From: Pristiophorus japonicus
Lineage: Eukaryota
Reading direction: 5' to 3'
DNA length: 64,000 bases
Assembly: GCF_044704955.1 (NCBI RefSeq)
Contig: NC_091999.1
Coordinates: 9,610,001 to 9,674,000 of the forward strand
The notes below the pieces were generated by a model that was not told where the DNA came from, searched no databases, and was given only the letters and a program-made list of their open reading frames with translations. Below are positions 50,206-61,823 of this stretch, one piece after another. A program made the translations under genes and the position numbers. Every line of letters begins with the position of its first letter. Within the stretch, counting starts at the first letter, position 1.

Positions 50206-50354
50206 CACAGTGCAATATGTCTCAACAAAAACTAGGTACATTCTGCCTTTGTCTCCTGTTACATGAGGGGTATGTCGAGAGTAATTAGAGGGGGATGCGA
50301 GGGGGAAGTAGCTACAGTTACTCATTCCTAGCCCAATGTGGGAGAGATCAGCCT

Positions 50355-50545
50355 TAGAATATAAGAAGATAAGAAATAGGAGCAGGAGTCGGTCTTTCGA
50401 GCTATTCAATGAGATCATGGCTGATCTGATCATGGACTCAGCTCCGCTTCCCTGCAAGCTCCCCATAACCCTTCACTCCCTTATCGCTCAAAAATCTGTC
50501 TATCTCCGCCTTAAATATATTCAATAACCCAGCCTCCACAGCTTG
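50355..50545 (-). mobile_element. CR1 3' end fragment
   Basis: ATAAGAAATAGGAGCAGGAG...GATCATGGCTGATC motif shared with the other CR1 tails in the window. Confidence 0.72.
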
Positions 50546-50609
50546 GCAACCATAGCTCATCCTCATTTATGATTGAGAAAGTCAACACTGACAATGGATA
50601 GAATCTGGG

Positions 50610-51040
50610 AACTTTCTCGCTGACCTACATTGGTTCCCGGTCCAGCAAGGGCTACAATTCTCACTCTGGTTTCCAATCCCTTCATTGCCTATCCCCTCCC
50701 TATCTCTGTAACCTCCTTCAGCCCCACAAATCTACAACCCTCCGATATCTCTGCGCTCCTCCAATTCAGGTCTCTTGCACAACCCCGATTTTTATCCTCT
50801 ACCATTGGGGGCCGTGCCTTCAGCTGCTTGGGTCCAAAGTTCTTGAATTCCCTTTCCAAAGCTCTCCTCTTCTCTACTCTTCTTTAAGGCATTCCTTAAA
50901 ATCTGCCTCTTTGACCAGTCACCTGTGCTAATATCCCCTTATGTGGCTCGGTGTCAAACGTTGCGTGTTCACGCTCCCGTGAAGGACCTTGGGCGGTTTT
51001 ACTACTTTAAAGGCGCTATATAAATACCAGTTCTTGTTCC
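50610..51040 (+). mobile_element. LINE (L2-like) 3' fragment
   Basis: STIGGRAFSCLGPKFLNSL remnant and AAAGGCGCTATATAAAT terminus; family assignment from recall. Confidence 0.65.
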
Positions 51041-51276
51041 TTTAAAAGCCGCAGCTTTAACTGGACAGTCGAGAATTCGTTCCTTTAGTAACTCGTTGCA
51101 GAGACCGATAGAAGCACAGTTGAACACTAATTTTCCTGGCTTCTCTCAATCTCTATAACCAGTTGGATTATTCGGAGGTCCAAAAAATATTTCAACTGGG
51201 ATGTACAGAAGCTGAGATGTTTTTTTAACTACACCTAATCAGATACTATAACTTAAATTAACATTTCAGCACTTAC

Positions 51277-51342
51277 TGGGTTCCACGAGTAATTTGGTTC
51301 CACTTGCAAATGTTAGTTTGTAAGATCCACTACCAGATGTCA
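51277..51342 (-). CDS. TRAJ: J67 TSGSGSYKLTFASGTKLLVEP (FAxG)
   Basis: RSS CACAGCA-12-GCAAAAATT; donor GTAAGT. Confidence 0.88.
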
Positions 51343-51877
51343 CACAGCATTACACGCCATTGCAAAAATTACCATCCGAAGCTGGGACTTCACCAGTGGG
51401 CGTTGTCCATCGAGACTTTGAAAAGGCATTCCGATAATCATTCATTATTTTGAACTAACAGGAGGGCGAAATTGGATATAGACTGGGACACAAAGCAGGC
51501 GTTATCACACCGATTTATGCCCCATCCGATATTACCAACTGCAATAGCACCGGATATCGGGCGAGTCCGATAATGTGCAAAAGCGATCCCACCTAATTTG
51601 CGTCTCTGCCGAGGTCTAATTTCACGCAATTTAACCCAGGCACCTAATTCAACCTGATCCTTTCAGCAGTTATTAACTTACAAGCTGTGCCCAGAATTGA
51701 CTCGAATTGAACAACCCTCTGCATAATGCCGTTGTCTACATTCTATCGGGACCAATTTGACTCCAGTGAGTGGAATATTATTTCGCATTTATAATGGAAA
51801 GAAGCCGTAAGGTGCAGAATTTCTCCCTGTGTCGTTGCCAAAGACAAACAGACAATGATTCTGGACAATGCACTTAC

Positions 51878-51943
51878 TCGGTTGAACAGTAAGCCTGGTC
51901 CCAGGTCCAAATGTCAGCTTGAATCCTCCTCCTGTATCTCTCA
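51878..51943 (-). CDS. TRAJ: J68 RDTGGGFKLTFGPGTRLTVQP
   Basis: RSS CACAGCA-12-ACAAAAACC; donor GTAAGT. Confidence 0.92.
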
Positions 51944-51984
51944 CACAGCATTAAGTCGCATGACAAAAACCCCTGAAGAGCTTT

Positions 51985-52485
51985 GAAACATAAGAAATAG
52001 GAGCAGGAGTAGGCCATACGGCCCCTGGAGCCCGCTCTGCCATTCAATAAGATCATCGCTGATCTGATCATGGCTTCAACTCTACTTTCCTGCCCGTTCC
52101 CCATAAACCTTGACTCTCCTGTAATTCAATAATCTGTCTATCTCAGCCTTGAATATTTTCAATTACTCAGCCTCCACAGCTCTCTGGGGCAGAGAATTCC
52201 ACAGATTCACGACCCTCTGAGAGAAGAAATTCCTCCTCATCTCCGTCTTAAATGGGCGGCCCCTTATTCTGAAACTATGCCCCTTAGTTCTAGATCTCTG
52301 CACGAGAGGAAACATCCTCTCTGTATCTATCCTGTCAAGTTCACTCAGAATCTTATAGATTTCAATAATATCATCTCTCATTCTTCTAAACTGCAATGAG
52401 TATAGATCCAACCTGCTCAACCTTTCCTCATAAGATAACCACTTCATCCCAGAAATCAACCTAGTGAACCTTCTCTGAACTGTTT
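51985..52485 (-). mobile_element. CR1 LINE 3' fragment
   Basis: ORF 52163-52537 VQRRFTRLISGMKWLSYEERL...FSQRVVNLWNSLP plus tail. Confidence 0.88.
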
Positions 52486-52940
52486 CCTCATTTGTGATAT
52501 GTTCCTGCTGCCATTTCTGTGTCATTTGGCTCACCATTGTAACAACATAATAAACCTATTGAGCATTTGCTTTAGAAAAACAAAACACTTTAACCTATTC
52601 ACATTTCGTATTAATGACAATCGTTATCCTATATGACTGTTCAGTTCTGTATAGGGCTTGCCACCCATTTATCTGTTTATATTATTTTCACTGACCATCA
52701 TTCTTTCGTGATAGGGAGGCAAACGAATATATAACTGACATATTCCCTTTCACTTGCTAGTGTTTTGTAAGCTTATGTATATTTCCTGGAATATTAAGAA
52801 GCCTATATATATCGATATACAGGGATTGTTGGGAACGTATACACAGCTATTCCCACTGTCAAATATATAATGCAACCCCCAAGCTATTTCAGCCAATATC
52901 AATCCCATTGTTAAACAAACAATAACGTTTGGATACTCAC

Positions 52941-53002
52941 TAGGCACCACTCTCAGTTTTGTTCCATTTCCAAATGTTAGCTTGTTGAGCCCTGAAGTTA
53001 CC
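52941..53002 (-). CDS. TRAJ: J69 VTSGLNKLTFGNGTKLRVVP
   Basis: RSS CACAGCG-12-ACAAAAACC; donor GTGAGT. Confidence 0.92.
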
Positions 53003-53583
53003 CACAGCGTTGTCTTCCCCCACAAAAACCTCAGTCCCCACATGCCCCTCTGACAGTGCACACGCAATCGTCGTCTCCAAGTTCACAATCACACAATGAA
53101 TAACCTCCACTGCTCCATTTGGGAAAAAAAAATCCTATCATGTTATACATAGATATTTATATTTATTAATTGATTGGCTTTCCACTCCCAAAAATTCGGG
53201 TTATCCTTTTCGCCCACTTTTGTTATTCGGGGTCAGCATCAAATAATTTCATGCGAAGCTGAGTAAAGTGCGAATCAAAGTTGTTTTATCCCCCAACCCT
53301 TCCAAAAATCGTAACAGGTGTAGGTCATTTAACAAAAGAGATGGAGAGACTGGAGAAGATGGAATTGTTCTCCCAAGAGCAGAGAAAGTTAAGAGGAGAT
53401 TTTATGGAGGTGGCCAGCAGCATGAATATATTTTTTAGAGCAAATACTCCATTGGCAGGAGGGTCAGTAACCAGAGGGTACCGATTTAAGGTGGTTGGCA
53501 AAAGAACCAGAGGGGGAGATGAGGAAACATTTCTTTACACTGTGAATTGTTGTGATCTGCAATGCATCGCCCAAAAAACGGAA

Positions 53584-54075
53584 CCTCTGACAGTGCAGCG
53601 CTCCCTCAGGACTGCCCCTCCGACAGTGCAGTGCTCCCTCAGTACTGCTCCTCCGACAATGCAGCGCTCCCTCAGTACTGCCCCTCCGACAGTTTGGCGC
53701 TCCCTCAGTACTGCCTCTCCGACAGTGCGACACTCCCTCAGTACTGTCCCTCCGACAGTGCGGCGCTCCCTCAGTACTGCCCCTTTGATAGTGCGTCACT
53801 CCCTCAGTACTGCCCCTCCGACAGTCGGCGCTCCCTCAGTACTGGCCATCTGACAGTGCAGCGCTCCCTCAATACTGCCCCTCTGACAGTGCGGTGCTCT
53901 CTCAGTACTGTCCCCGACAGTGTGGCGCTGCCTCAGTACTGCCCCTCCGACAGTGCGGCGCTCCCTTAGTACTGCCCATCCGACAATGCAGTGCTCCCTC
54001 AGTACTGCCGCTCCGACAGTGCAGCGCTCCCTTACTACTGCCCATCTGACAATGCAGCGCTACCTCAGTACTGCA
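53584..54075. repeat. 33-bp minisatellite, about 15 copies, consensus close to CCTCCGACAGTGCAGCGCTCCCTCAGTACTGCC
   Basis: Direct tandem units visible; they produce repetitive ORFs in several frames. Confidence 0.93.
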
Positions 54076-54182
54076 CTGACTGTCAGCCTGGATTTCTCTG
54101 CTCAAATCTCTGGAGTGGGACTTGAACCCACTACCTTCTGACTTAGAGGTGTGAATCCTGTCAACTGAGTGACGGCGGACAC
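54045..54182 (-). mobile_element. tRNA-derived SINE head contiguous with the minisatellite
   Basis: Reverse complement carries the B-box-like GGTTCAAGTCC (GGGACTTGAACCC at about 54117-54129) and the A-box-like CTCAGTTG. Confidence 0.7.
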
Positions 54183-54511
54183 TTCTGTACTATATAGTTC
54201 TGCACATTGGATATATCCCGTCTATAAAAAAACCTGGTGTTACTTATTCGGTCTGTTATGCATAGTTGTGTATGAGTTATACCGAAATAATGCTGCATTC
54301 ATTCATTCATTCATTCCGCTCTCTGTTTACTCTGCTTTAATGGATTTGCCTTTCTGATTATTCACTGTTTGGGAATAATCTTGGGACAAACATTGGACGA
54401 ATAATTTGATAATCATCGATTTCCTTCAACATTTTCAGTTCCTACAGCAAGGTCAGCTTCTGCTAACCTTTATCCAAGCGCAAAAACAAACTCAAATCTT
54501 TTAATACTCAC

Positions 54512-54580
54512 TCGGCTCGACGGTCAGTTTGGTTCCACCACCAAATATTAGCTTCTTCAGCCCGCTTCCACCATAGTTCA
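54512..54580 (-). CDS. TRAJ: J70 NYGGSGLKKLIFGGGTKLTVEP
   Basis: RSS CACAGCC-12-ACAAAAACT; donor GTGAGT. Confidence 0.92.
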
Positions 54581-55194
54581 CACAGCCTTAGATGCCTTCA
54601 CAAAAACTCAGCTAAGACTAGTTATCTACCAGCAGCTTTTATTTGTTTCTGAATCTCAGCACAGCATGCTTGGCCTGAACCGATTTAAGTTCCATTCTCG
54701 AACGCTGCCTCTTTCATATCCATCCGTCTATTTCTGTATTTCTCCACCTAATCTCTGCTTCGAGAAAAAATAACTTTGGGAATAGCGTTGCAACCATCCG
54801 TCTAGAAACTGACCAAAACGGGTCGGGAACCAGTTTTACACCCACTCCCACCGCCATCCCCCAGGTTTTGCTCTCTGTTTTTGTTGACCCAGTGAAATGC
54901 CCCCAGCACGTTTCAGCCATGATAAGGACAGCACGCATCCCATTAGTTCGAGTTGGTGCCGAAACCATTTTCCACAAGAGAAAGGAACTTTTCCAAAACT
55001 ATGGAATCACCCAGTGGCCAATCAAAGAAAGTATTATTTTGCACACTTCGTCCATGCCTGGATTTGAACGCAGGTTCCAAAGTGTGAAAGGACAGTGTTT
55101 GACTCAATGCAGCAACTGGGACTCCAGCAGGGCGCGGGCACCTTTGTGCCTCTATCTATAGTTCTGTGACTATAGTTTCCATATAGTTCCACAA

Positions 55195-56180
55195 AATTCT
55201 ACATGGTATTTACAGCAGATAAACAGGCCATTCGGCCCAACTGCCCCATGCCGGTCTTTATTTTCCACACAAGCCTCCACCTACCCCTCTTCATCTAACC
55301 CTCATCAACATATCCTTATATTCTCTTCTCCCTCATAGAAAATAGGTGCAGGATTAGGCCATTCGGCCCTTCGAGCCTGCACCACCATTCAATAAGATCA
55401 TGGCTGATCATGAAACTTCAGTACCCCATTCCAGCTTTTTCTCCATACCCCTGGATCGCTTTAGCCGTAAGGGCCACATCTAACTCCCTTTTTTATATGT
55501 CTAACGAACTGGCCTCATCAACTCTCTGCGGTAGCGAACTCCACAGGTTCACAATTCTCTGAGTGAAGAAGTTTCTCCACATCCCGGTCCCAAATGGCTT
55601 ACCCCTTATCCCTAGATTGTGACCCCTGGTTCTGCGCTTATCTAGCTTCCCCTTAAATGCATCTATGCTATTCCCCTCAACTACTCCCTGTGGTAGCATT
55701 CTAACCACTCTCTGGGTAAATAAATGCTCCTGAATTCGCTACTGGATTTATTAGTGACAACCTTGTATGTATGGCCCCTAGTTCTGGTCTCCCCCCATCC
55801 TCACAAGTGGAAACATCTGATTTATATCTATATTATCAAACCCTTTCTAAATCTAAAAGAACTCTATCAAGTCAACCCTCAGTTCTCTCTTTGTTCAAGA
55901 AAAAAGCCACAGCCCGTTCAATCTATCCTGATATGTATGACCTCTAAGTTCGAATACCACCCTATTAAATCTTTTATGCACATTCCCTCGTTCCTTTATA
56001 TCCTTTCTATAGTATGGAGACTAGAACTGTTCACGGTGCTCCAAGTCTGGTCTAATCAACGTTAAATACAAGTTGAACATTACTTCTCTGCTTTTCAATG
56101 ATAGCCCGCTCGAAATGAATCCCAGTACGTTGTTTGATATTTATGGCCTTATTAACCTGCGTCGCTACTTTTAGTGATTT
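55195..56180 (-). mobile_element. Decayed CR1-type element with a younger CR1 3' fragment nested at about 55334-55633
   Basis: CATAGAAAATAGGTGCAGGA tail like the one at 7520 interrupts TTCTCCCTCAT/GCGCTTATCTAGC; ORF 55493-55708 contains FFTQRIVNLW. Confidence 0.75.
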
Positions 56181-56395
56181 GTGTATCTGGTTTCTAATTG
56201 TGTTTATATATCTAGATTCCTGATAACCTTTGAATTAAATGCTTCTCTATCTATCCTCCAAACATCTTCAGACTATTTCATCTACGGACACCAGGATTGT
56301 ACTCAAATGATCAAAATACTCCATAAAGATATTACATCGGGGCAGCTAACTCATTTCACAATGGAATTGTCAAAGTACGTCACTAGAAAACTCAC

Positions 56396-56464
56396 TGGGC
56401 TCCACAGTTAACTTGGTTCCAATTCCAAATATTAGCTTGCTGGTGGTTCCTGATCCATAATTCA
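56396..56464 (-). CDS. TRAJ: J71 NYGSGTTSKLIFGIGTKLTVEP
   Basis: RSS CACAGCC-12-ACAAAAACT; donor GTGAGT. Confidence 0.92.
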
Positions 56465-56584
56465 CACAGCCTTTAACCCCTTCACAAAAACTATTGCATA
56501 CATACAAAGATTTGAAAGCTGTTTCTGTTCCGTAGTGGAGCAAACCTTTTGCAGTGTTAGTGTAAGTGGCTGGTTTTCTAAATT

Positions 56585-56937
56585 AGGAACCAAGGAACAT
56601 AAGAAATAGAAGAAGGAGTAGGCCATTGTGTCCTTCGAGCCTGCTCTGATATTCAATAAGATCATGGCTGATCTTTTATCTCAACTGCGCTTTCCAGCAC
56701 TATCCCTTGATTCCTTTAATCTCCACAAATCTATCGATCTCTGTCTTGAATATACTCAACGATTGAGCCTCCACAGCTTTCTGCGGTAGAGAATTACAAA
56801 GATTCACCACCTCCTGAGTGAAGACATTTTCTTCATCTCAGTCCTAAATGGCCGACCCCTTATTCTGAGACTGTGACCCCTGGTTCGAGACTTCCCAGCC
56901 CGGGGGAAACATCCTCCCTGCATCTGCCCTGTCAAGA
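56585..56937 (-). mobile_element. CR1 3' fragment
   Basis: GAACATAAGAAATAG tail and the conserved 3' body shared with 51985-52485. Confidence 0.78.
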
Positions 56938-57580
56938 CTGCTTACTTCGCTATCTTTGCTGAAATCTCTGTTACTGCACTGGCATAGTCAATAACAGTTA
57001 TAATGACGAGAAGAGTGCTCCAATTCCTTAATGTGATGTTGTTTCTATGCTAATGTTATATGCTTATATATCGTCATAAACTTTTATACAGTCTACACGT
57101 AGCAAATACGCAGCGCAGTAATGCAATTCAGACCCGCCAGTCGTTACCTTAGTAATATAAATCTTTGAAATTATTATATACTTAACAATACCATTTCTAA
57201 AACCATTTGCCCTTACGTATATGCTTTTTAAAATAAAGTTTGTAATGTTTCATGTTAAACGTTTACTTGAATATTCAAAGAATGTATATGGAGGCACATA
57301 ACATTTTTGCCCGTTTCCTTTAAAAAAAGCGTGTGACTAAAATATCACGGGAGAGGATTACATGCTAAGCGCTAACCCTCCCGTATCTATCCCGATCGGT
57401 TGGACTTTTGCCTATGATTTTGATTCATTTAATTTCATTTTTTCCTATTCAAGCACGGGATGTGAGCGTCGCTGGCAAGGTCAGAATTTATTGGCCATCC
57501 CTAATTGCCACAGGATTAATAAAAATAAACATTTATGTTGAGGGAACGAAATGCTAAATATATTGCAAATGCCAACTTAC

Positions 57581-57643
57581 TCGGTTGAACAGTCAGTCTA
57601 GTTCCACCTCCGAATGTGAGTTTCCCTGTTCCTCCAGAATTCA
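57581..57643 (-). CDS. TRAJ: J72 NSGGTGKLTFGGGTRLTVQP
   Basis: Perfect consensus RSS CACAGTG-12-ACAAAAACC; donor GTAAGT. Confidence 0.94.
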
Positions 57644-58325
57644 CACAGTGTTCAAGATAGTTACAAAAACCCCAATTGGTGTGGAGCAAATCTAATACAG
57701 AAGCTGACAGCACAGTCAGAGACCATGCGGCACATTGTGGCTGTGCAGGCTCTTTGAAAGAGCTGTCCAATTAGCCCCACTGGCTATGGTTCTTTCCCAA
57801 CGCAGTCCTGCCATCTTATATCCCAAAATTCCTAGTTAGTGTGGGGATAGAACGCGTGACCATTGTCGATATTAGCATCATGCTCTAACCAACTGAACTA
57901 ACTGGCCAGGCGGGCACGTTAAGCTGCAATTCCAAATATATATATTTGTCTTTTGGTTATTCTTCCCCCCAGCATTTATTGCCCATCCCTATTTGCCCCT
58001 TCAGAAGGTGGTGGTGAGTCGCCTTCTTGAACCGCTGCAGTCCGTGTGGTGAAGGTGCTCCCACAGTGCTGTTTGGAAGGGAGTTCCCGAAGTTTGATGT
58101 AGAGAGGCGGAGAGGTTTAGACAGGGATTTCCAGAGCTTAGGCCCTAGGAACCAAAGGTTGAACGATTATAATCAAGGGTGCTCAAATTAGGTCAGGATG
58201 GTATGTGACTTGGAGGGAAATTGGGAGGTGGTGGTGTTCCCTTGCGTGTAAGCATGAATGAATTGGCGAAACACAGAATTCTGCTCAGTGGACACTGATA
58301 TCAAACCATAATACACACTACTTAC

Positions 58326-58391
58326 TTGGTACCACGGCCAGAGATGTCCCTGGGCCAAAGGTGAGCTTCTGCCCTGTACCTCCATACTCTG
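58326..58391 (-). CDS. TRAJ: J73 EYGGTGQKLTFGPGTSLAVVP
   Basis: RSS CACATCG-12-ACAATAACC; donor GTAAGT. Confidence 0.88.
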
Positions 58392-58962
58392 CACATCGAT
58401 AAACACATGAACAATAACCTCAACTGTACCTCGCCACCGTCTATCATTGCTCAACTTGATTTATAACAAAACATCTCAGCCTTACCACTCTGGCACTGAC
58501 ACTTGGATTTTTCACATCTCTAGTATCATGGCTATCGATTGTATCAGCAATTATAGTGATATTGCCAGCGACATACGATTCATATGAATTATCAGTGGTA
58601 CTAACCACTCAACGGATTTATCATCAGCGTAGCCTCTCAGAATCGAGGAAGACTTGCTTCCACTCTAAAAGTGAATTCTTCGGTGACTGAACAGTCCAAT
58701 ACAGGAAATACTCAACGTATTTACCTGCAAGGCTAACCCCTAATCGGGATACTTTGCACCAATCGTTCTCGTGTGATATACATGTATTTACATAACAGTC
58801 ACCTGTTGAAATCCTAAATGTTACCATTAAGACTAAAACCCATGAGGGAAGTTCGGCGCACATTTATTACCGTTTTGAATTTTATTATGCCTCTCTCCAT
58901 ATCTATAGCGAGTAACATTTGAAGTTTCAATAATTGCAATCGTATGGTTTTCCGATACTTAC

Positions 58963-59028
58963 TCGGTTCTACAACTAATTTCGTTCCTTTTCCAAACGTT
59001 AACTTGTTGGCTGCTCCTCCAGAATTCA
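58963..59028 (-). CDS. TRAJ: J74 NSGGAANKLTFGKGTKLVVEP
   Basis: Perfect RSS CACAGTG-12-ACAAAAACC; donor GTAAGT. Confidence 0.94.
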
Positions 59029-59607
59029 CACAGTGTTAAAGGTAGTCACAAAAACCTCAATCGGTGCACATGAAATCTAATGTAGATTCCCACAGCACAG
59101 AAAGAGGCCACGCAGCACATTGCCCCTGTGTAGGCTATTTTGAAAGAGCTGCTGGATTAACCCCACTCGGGGTGTCCAAGCAAACCTTCTTATTTAAATG
59201 TTTTGGTCTGTACCAGAATCAAACCTGCGACTTGTAGACATTTGTGAGACCACGCACTAACTAACTGAGCTCACTGACCACGTCGGCAGTTGCGAGTTAC
59301 ATTTTCCAACATGTATATTGGTCTTATTCTTATTCAAACATAAAGCAGTACTTTACAATAGCATGCAACTGGTCCAATATGGACATTTGGTGCGAGACTG
59401 TCCCATTTTAAATTAATTGAGCTATTTGCAACCATCTGTCCAGTATCGTGTCTGAATTTGACCCGGAGTTCAAATCCTTCATATACCATGCATCTCCGCT
59501 AAAAGGTAACGATTATTCACTGCAGCATTTTATATCCATTTTTCCAGATCCGTTGTACGATGGAATGATTTGTCCCAAGACTCAATCATTGTACAATAAG
59601 GACAAAG

Positions 59608-59880
59608 GTTAGAATCAAAGAATCTTATAAATTTACAGCACGGAAGGAGGCCATTGAGGCCCATCGTGTCCGGGCCGACCGACAAAGAGCTATCCAGCCT
59701 AATCACACTTTGCAGCTCTTGGTCCGCAGCCCTGTAGGTTACGGCACTTCAAGTGCATATCCCAGTATGTTTTAAATGTGGTGAGGTTTCTGCCTCTACC
59801 ACCCTTTCAGGCAGTGAGTTGCAGACCCCCACCCTCTGGCTGACAAAGGTTCCCCTCAAATTCCCTTATAACCCTCCCTT
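59608..59880 (-). mobile_element. CR1/SINE-type 3' fragment (duplicated at about 62345-62620)
   Basis: AGAATC-repeat tail followed by TTACAGCACGGAAGGAGGCCATT...CTACCACCCTTTCAGGCAG. Confidence 0.65.
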
Positions 59881-60361
59881 GTACTTCATTTAATACCTGT
59901 GGTAAATCGATCTCAACTTACCGGCACAAAATGCGATTCATGCTTTTGTAAAAGTGCTCCATGCTGCCCCTGTTCTTATCGCCTGTCAGTCAAGTATCGC
60001 TTAATGTTTGAATAATATACCATGTCATTCCCTGTACAATCTTTGATATGGGAGACTTAGTTACGATTTAGTTACACACAACACACAAATATATCTTATT
60101 TCAACACTTCCATAATTGTTAATTGTGCTATTGCTATCCTTGCTATTTGATCGACGTGCTTTTTTAAAGCAATTTAACGAATAACTTTGACTTAATCTAG
60201 GTTAGAAGGCGACTCACCACTTCCTTTTCAAGGTCAACTAAGGATGGGCAATACATGCTGGCCCTGGCTAGCGACACCCCTATCCTCAGAATTAATTACA
60301 AAAAATAAAGCATTTGTGTTGAGGGTGCAAAATGCTAAATATATTGCAAATGTCAACTTAC

Positions 60362-60424
60362 TCGGCTGGACAGACAGTCTGGTTCCACTTCCGAACGTGA
60401 GTTTCTGTACTGATCCAGTATTCA
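60362..60424 (-). CDS. TRAJ: J75 NTGSVQKLTFGSGTRLSVQP
   Basis: RSS CACAGTG-12-ACAAAATCT; donor GTAAGT. Confidence 0.92.
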
Positions 60425-60796
60425 CACAGTGCTAAACCGCTGGACAAAATCTATTCCGCAGCAGGTATAAATGCTTTTGCATTAACAGTCACTCGAGTGC
60501 TCCCTGAGCGACAATACCCAGCATTTATTGCCCATCATTAATTGCCCTTTGAAAAGGTGGTGGTGAGCCTTCTTTAACCGCTGCAGTCCGTGTGTTGGAG
60601 GAACTACCACACCACTGTTAGGGAGGGAGGTCCAGTATTCTGACCCAGCGACCAGGAAGGAACTGCCGATATATTTCCAAGTCAGGATGGTGTGTGACTC
60701 GGAGGGGAATTTGGAGGTGGTAGTGGTTCCATGTGCACGACTGAATTGGCGAGCAACAGAATTATATTGAGTGGACACTGACACCACACAATCATA

Positions 60797-61202
60797 AGAA
60801 CATAAAAATAGGAACATGAGAACTAGGAACAGGAGTCGAACATTTGTCCCCTTGAGCCTGTTCCGCCATTTAATAAGATCATGGCTGATTTGATCTTGGG
60901 CTCAGCTCCACTTCCCCGCCCGCTCCCAATAATTCTTCACTCCCTATCATACAAAAAATTGTCGATCTTCACCTTAAATATATTCTATGACCCAGCCTCC
61001 TCAGCTCTCTGGCGCAGAGAATTGCACAGATTAACAACCCTCGGAGAGAAGAAACTTCTCCTCATCTCAGTTCTAAATGCGTGACCCCTTATTCCTAAAC
61101 GATGCCCCCTAGTTCTAGATTCCCCCACGAGTGGAAAGATCCTCTCTGCTTCTCCCGTGTCGAGCCGCCTCAGTACCTTATATGTTTCATTAACATCACC
61201 TT
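60797..61202 (-). mobile_element. CR1 3' fragment inserted about 17 nt into the J76 intron
   Basis: ORF 60985-61206 ETYKVLRRLD...FSPRVVNL; flanked by TCATA on both sides; absent next to J73 and J79. Confidence 0.85.
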
Positions 61203-61219
61203 TCATACAAACAACTTAC

Positions 61220-61285
61220 TTGGTACCACGACCAGAGATGTCCCTGGGCCAAAGATGAGCTTCTGCCCTACAGTTCCATACTCCA
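61220..61285 (-). CDS. TRAJ: J76 EYGTVGQKLIFGPGTSLVVVP
   Basis: RSS CACATCG-12-ACAATAACC; donor GTAAGT. Confidence 0.88.
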
Positions 61286-61757
61286 CACATCGATAAACGC
61301 ACGAACAATAACCTCAACTGTACCTCGCCACCGTCTATCATTGCTCATCGTGATTTGCAACAAAACACCTCAGCCTTACCATTCTGGCACTGACACTCGC
61401 ATTTGTCACATCTCCAGTTACATGGCTATCAACAAGTATAATGATTTGGCCAGCGACATACGATTAATCATTCTATCAATGGTATTAACTACTCAACGGA
61501 TCTATCTACAACGTTATCCTAATAGGGATATTTTGCACCAATCTTTCTCGTGTGATGTAAATATATTTGCATAACATTCATTACTAAATCCCAAATATTG
61601 CCATTAAGTCTAAAACCGATGAGGGGAGTTCGGCGCACATTTATTACCGTTTTGAATGTTATTATTCCTCTTTGCATTACTATAACAATAGGTGTAAACT
61701 TTACGGGTAACAGTTGACGTTTGAATAATTCCAATCCTATGGTTTTCTGATACTTAC

Positions 61758-61823
61758 TGGGGTCTACAAATAATTTCGTTCCTTTTCCAAATGTTAACTT
61801 TCTAGTTGCTGCTCCAGAATTCA
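61758..61823 (-). CDS. TRAJ: J77 NSGAATRKLTFGKGTKLFVDP
   Basis: Perfect RSS CACAGTG-12-ACAAAAACC; donor GTAAGT. Confidence 0.94.

Noticed and set aside
53281-54141. Long overlapping ORFs (190, 135 and 111 aa)
   Set aside because: Artefact of a stop-poor 33-bp tandem repeat fused to a decayed CR1 fragment.
55050-55125. tRNA gene on the minus strand
   Set aside because: Only a degenerate B-box-like motif and no convincing cloverleaf; likely a SINE head.
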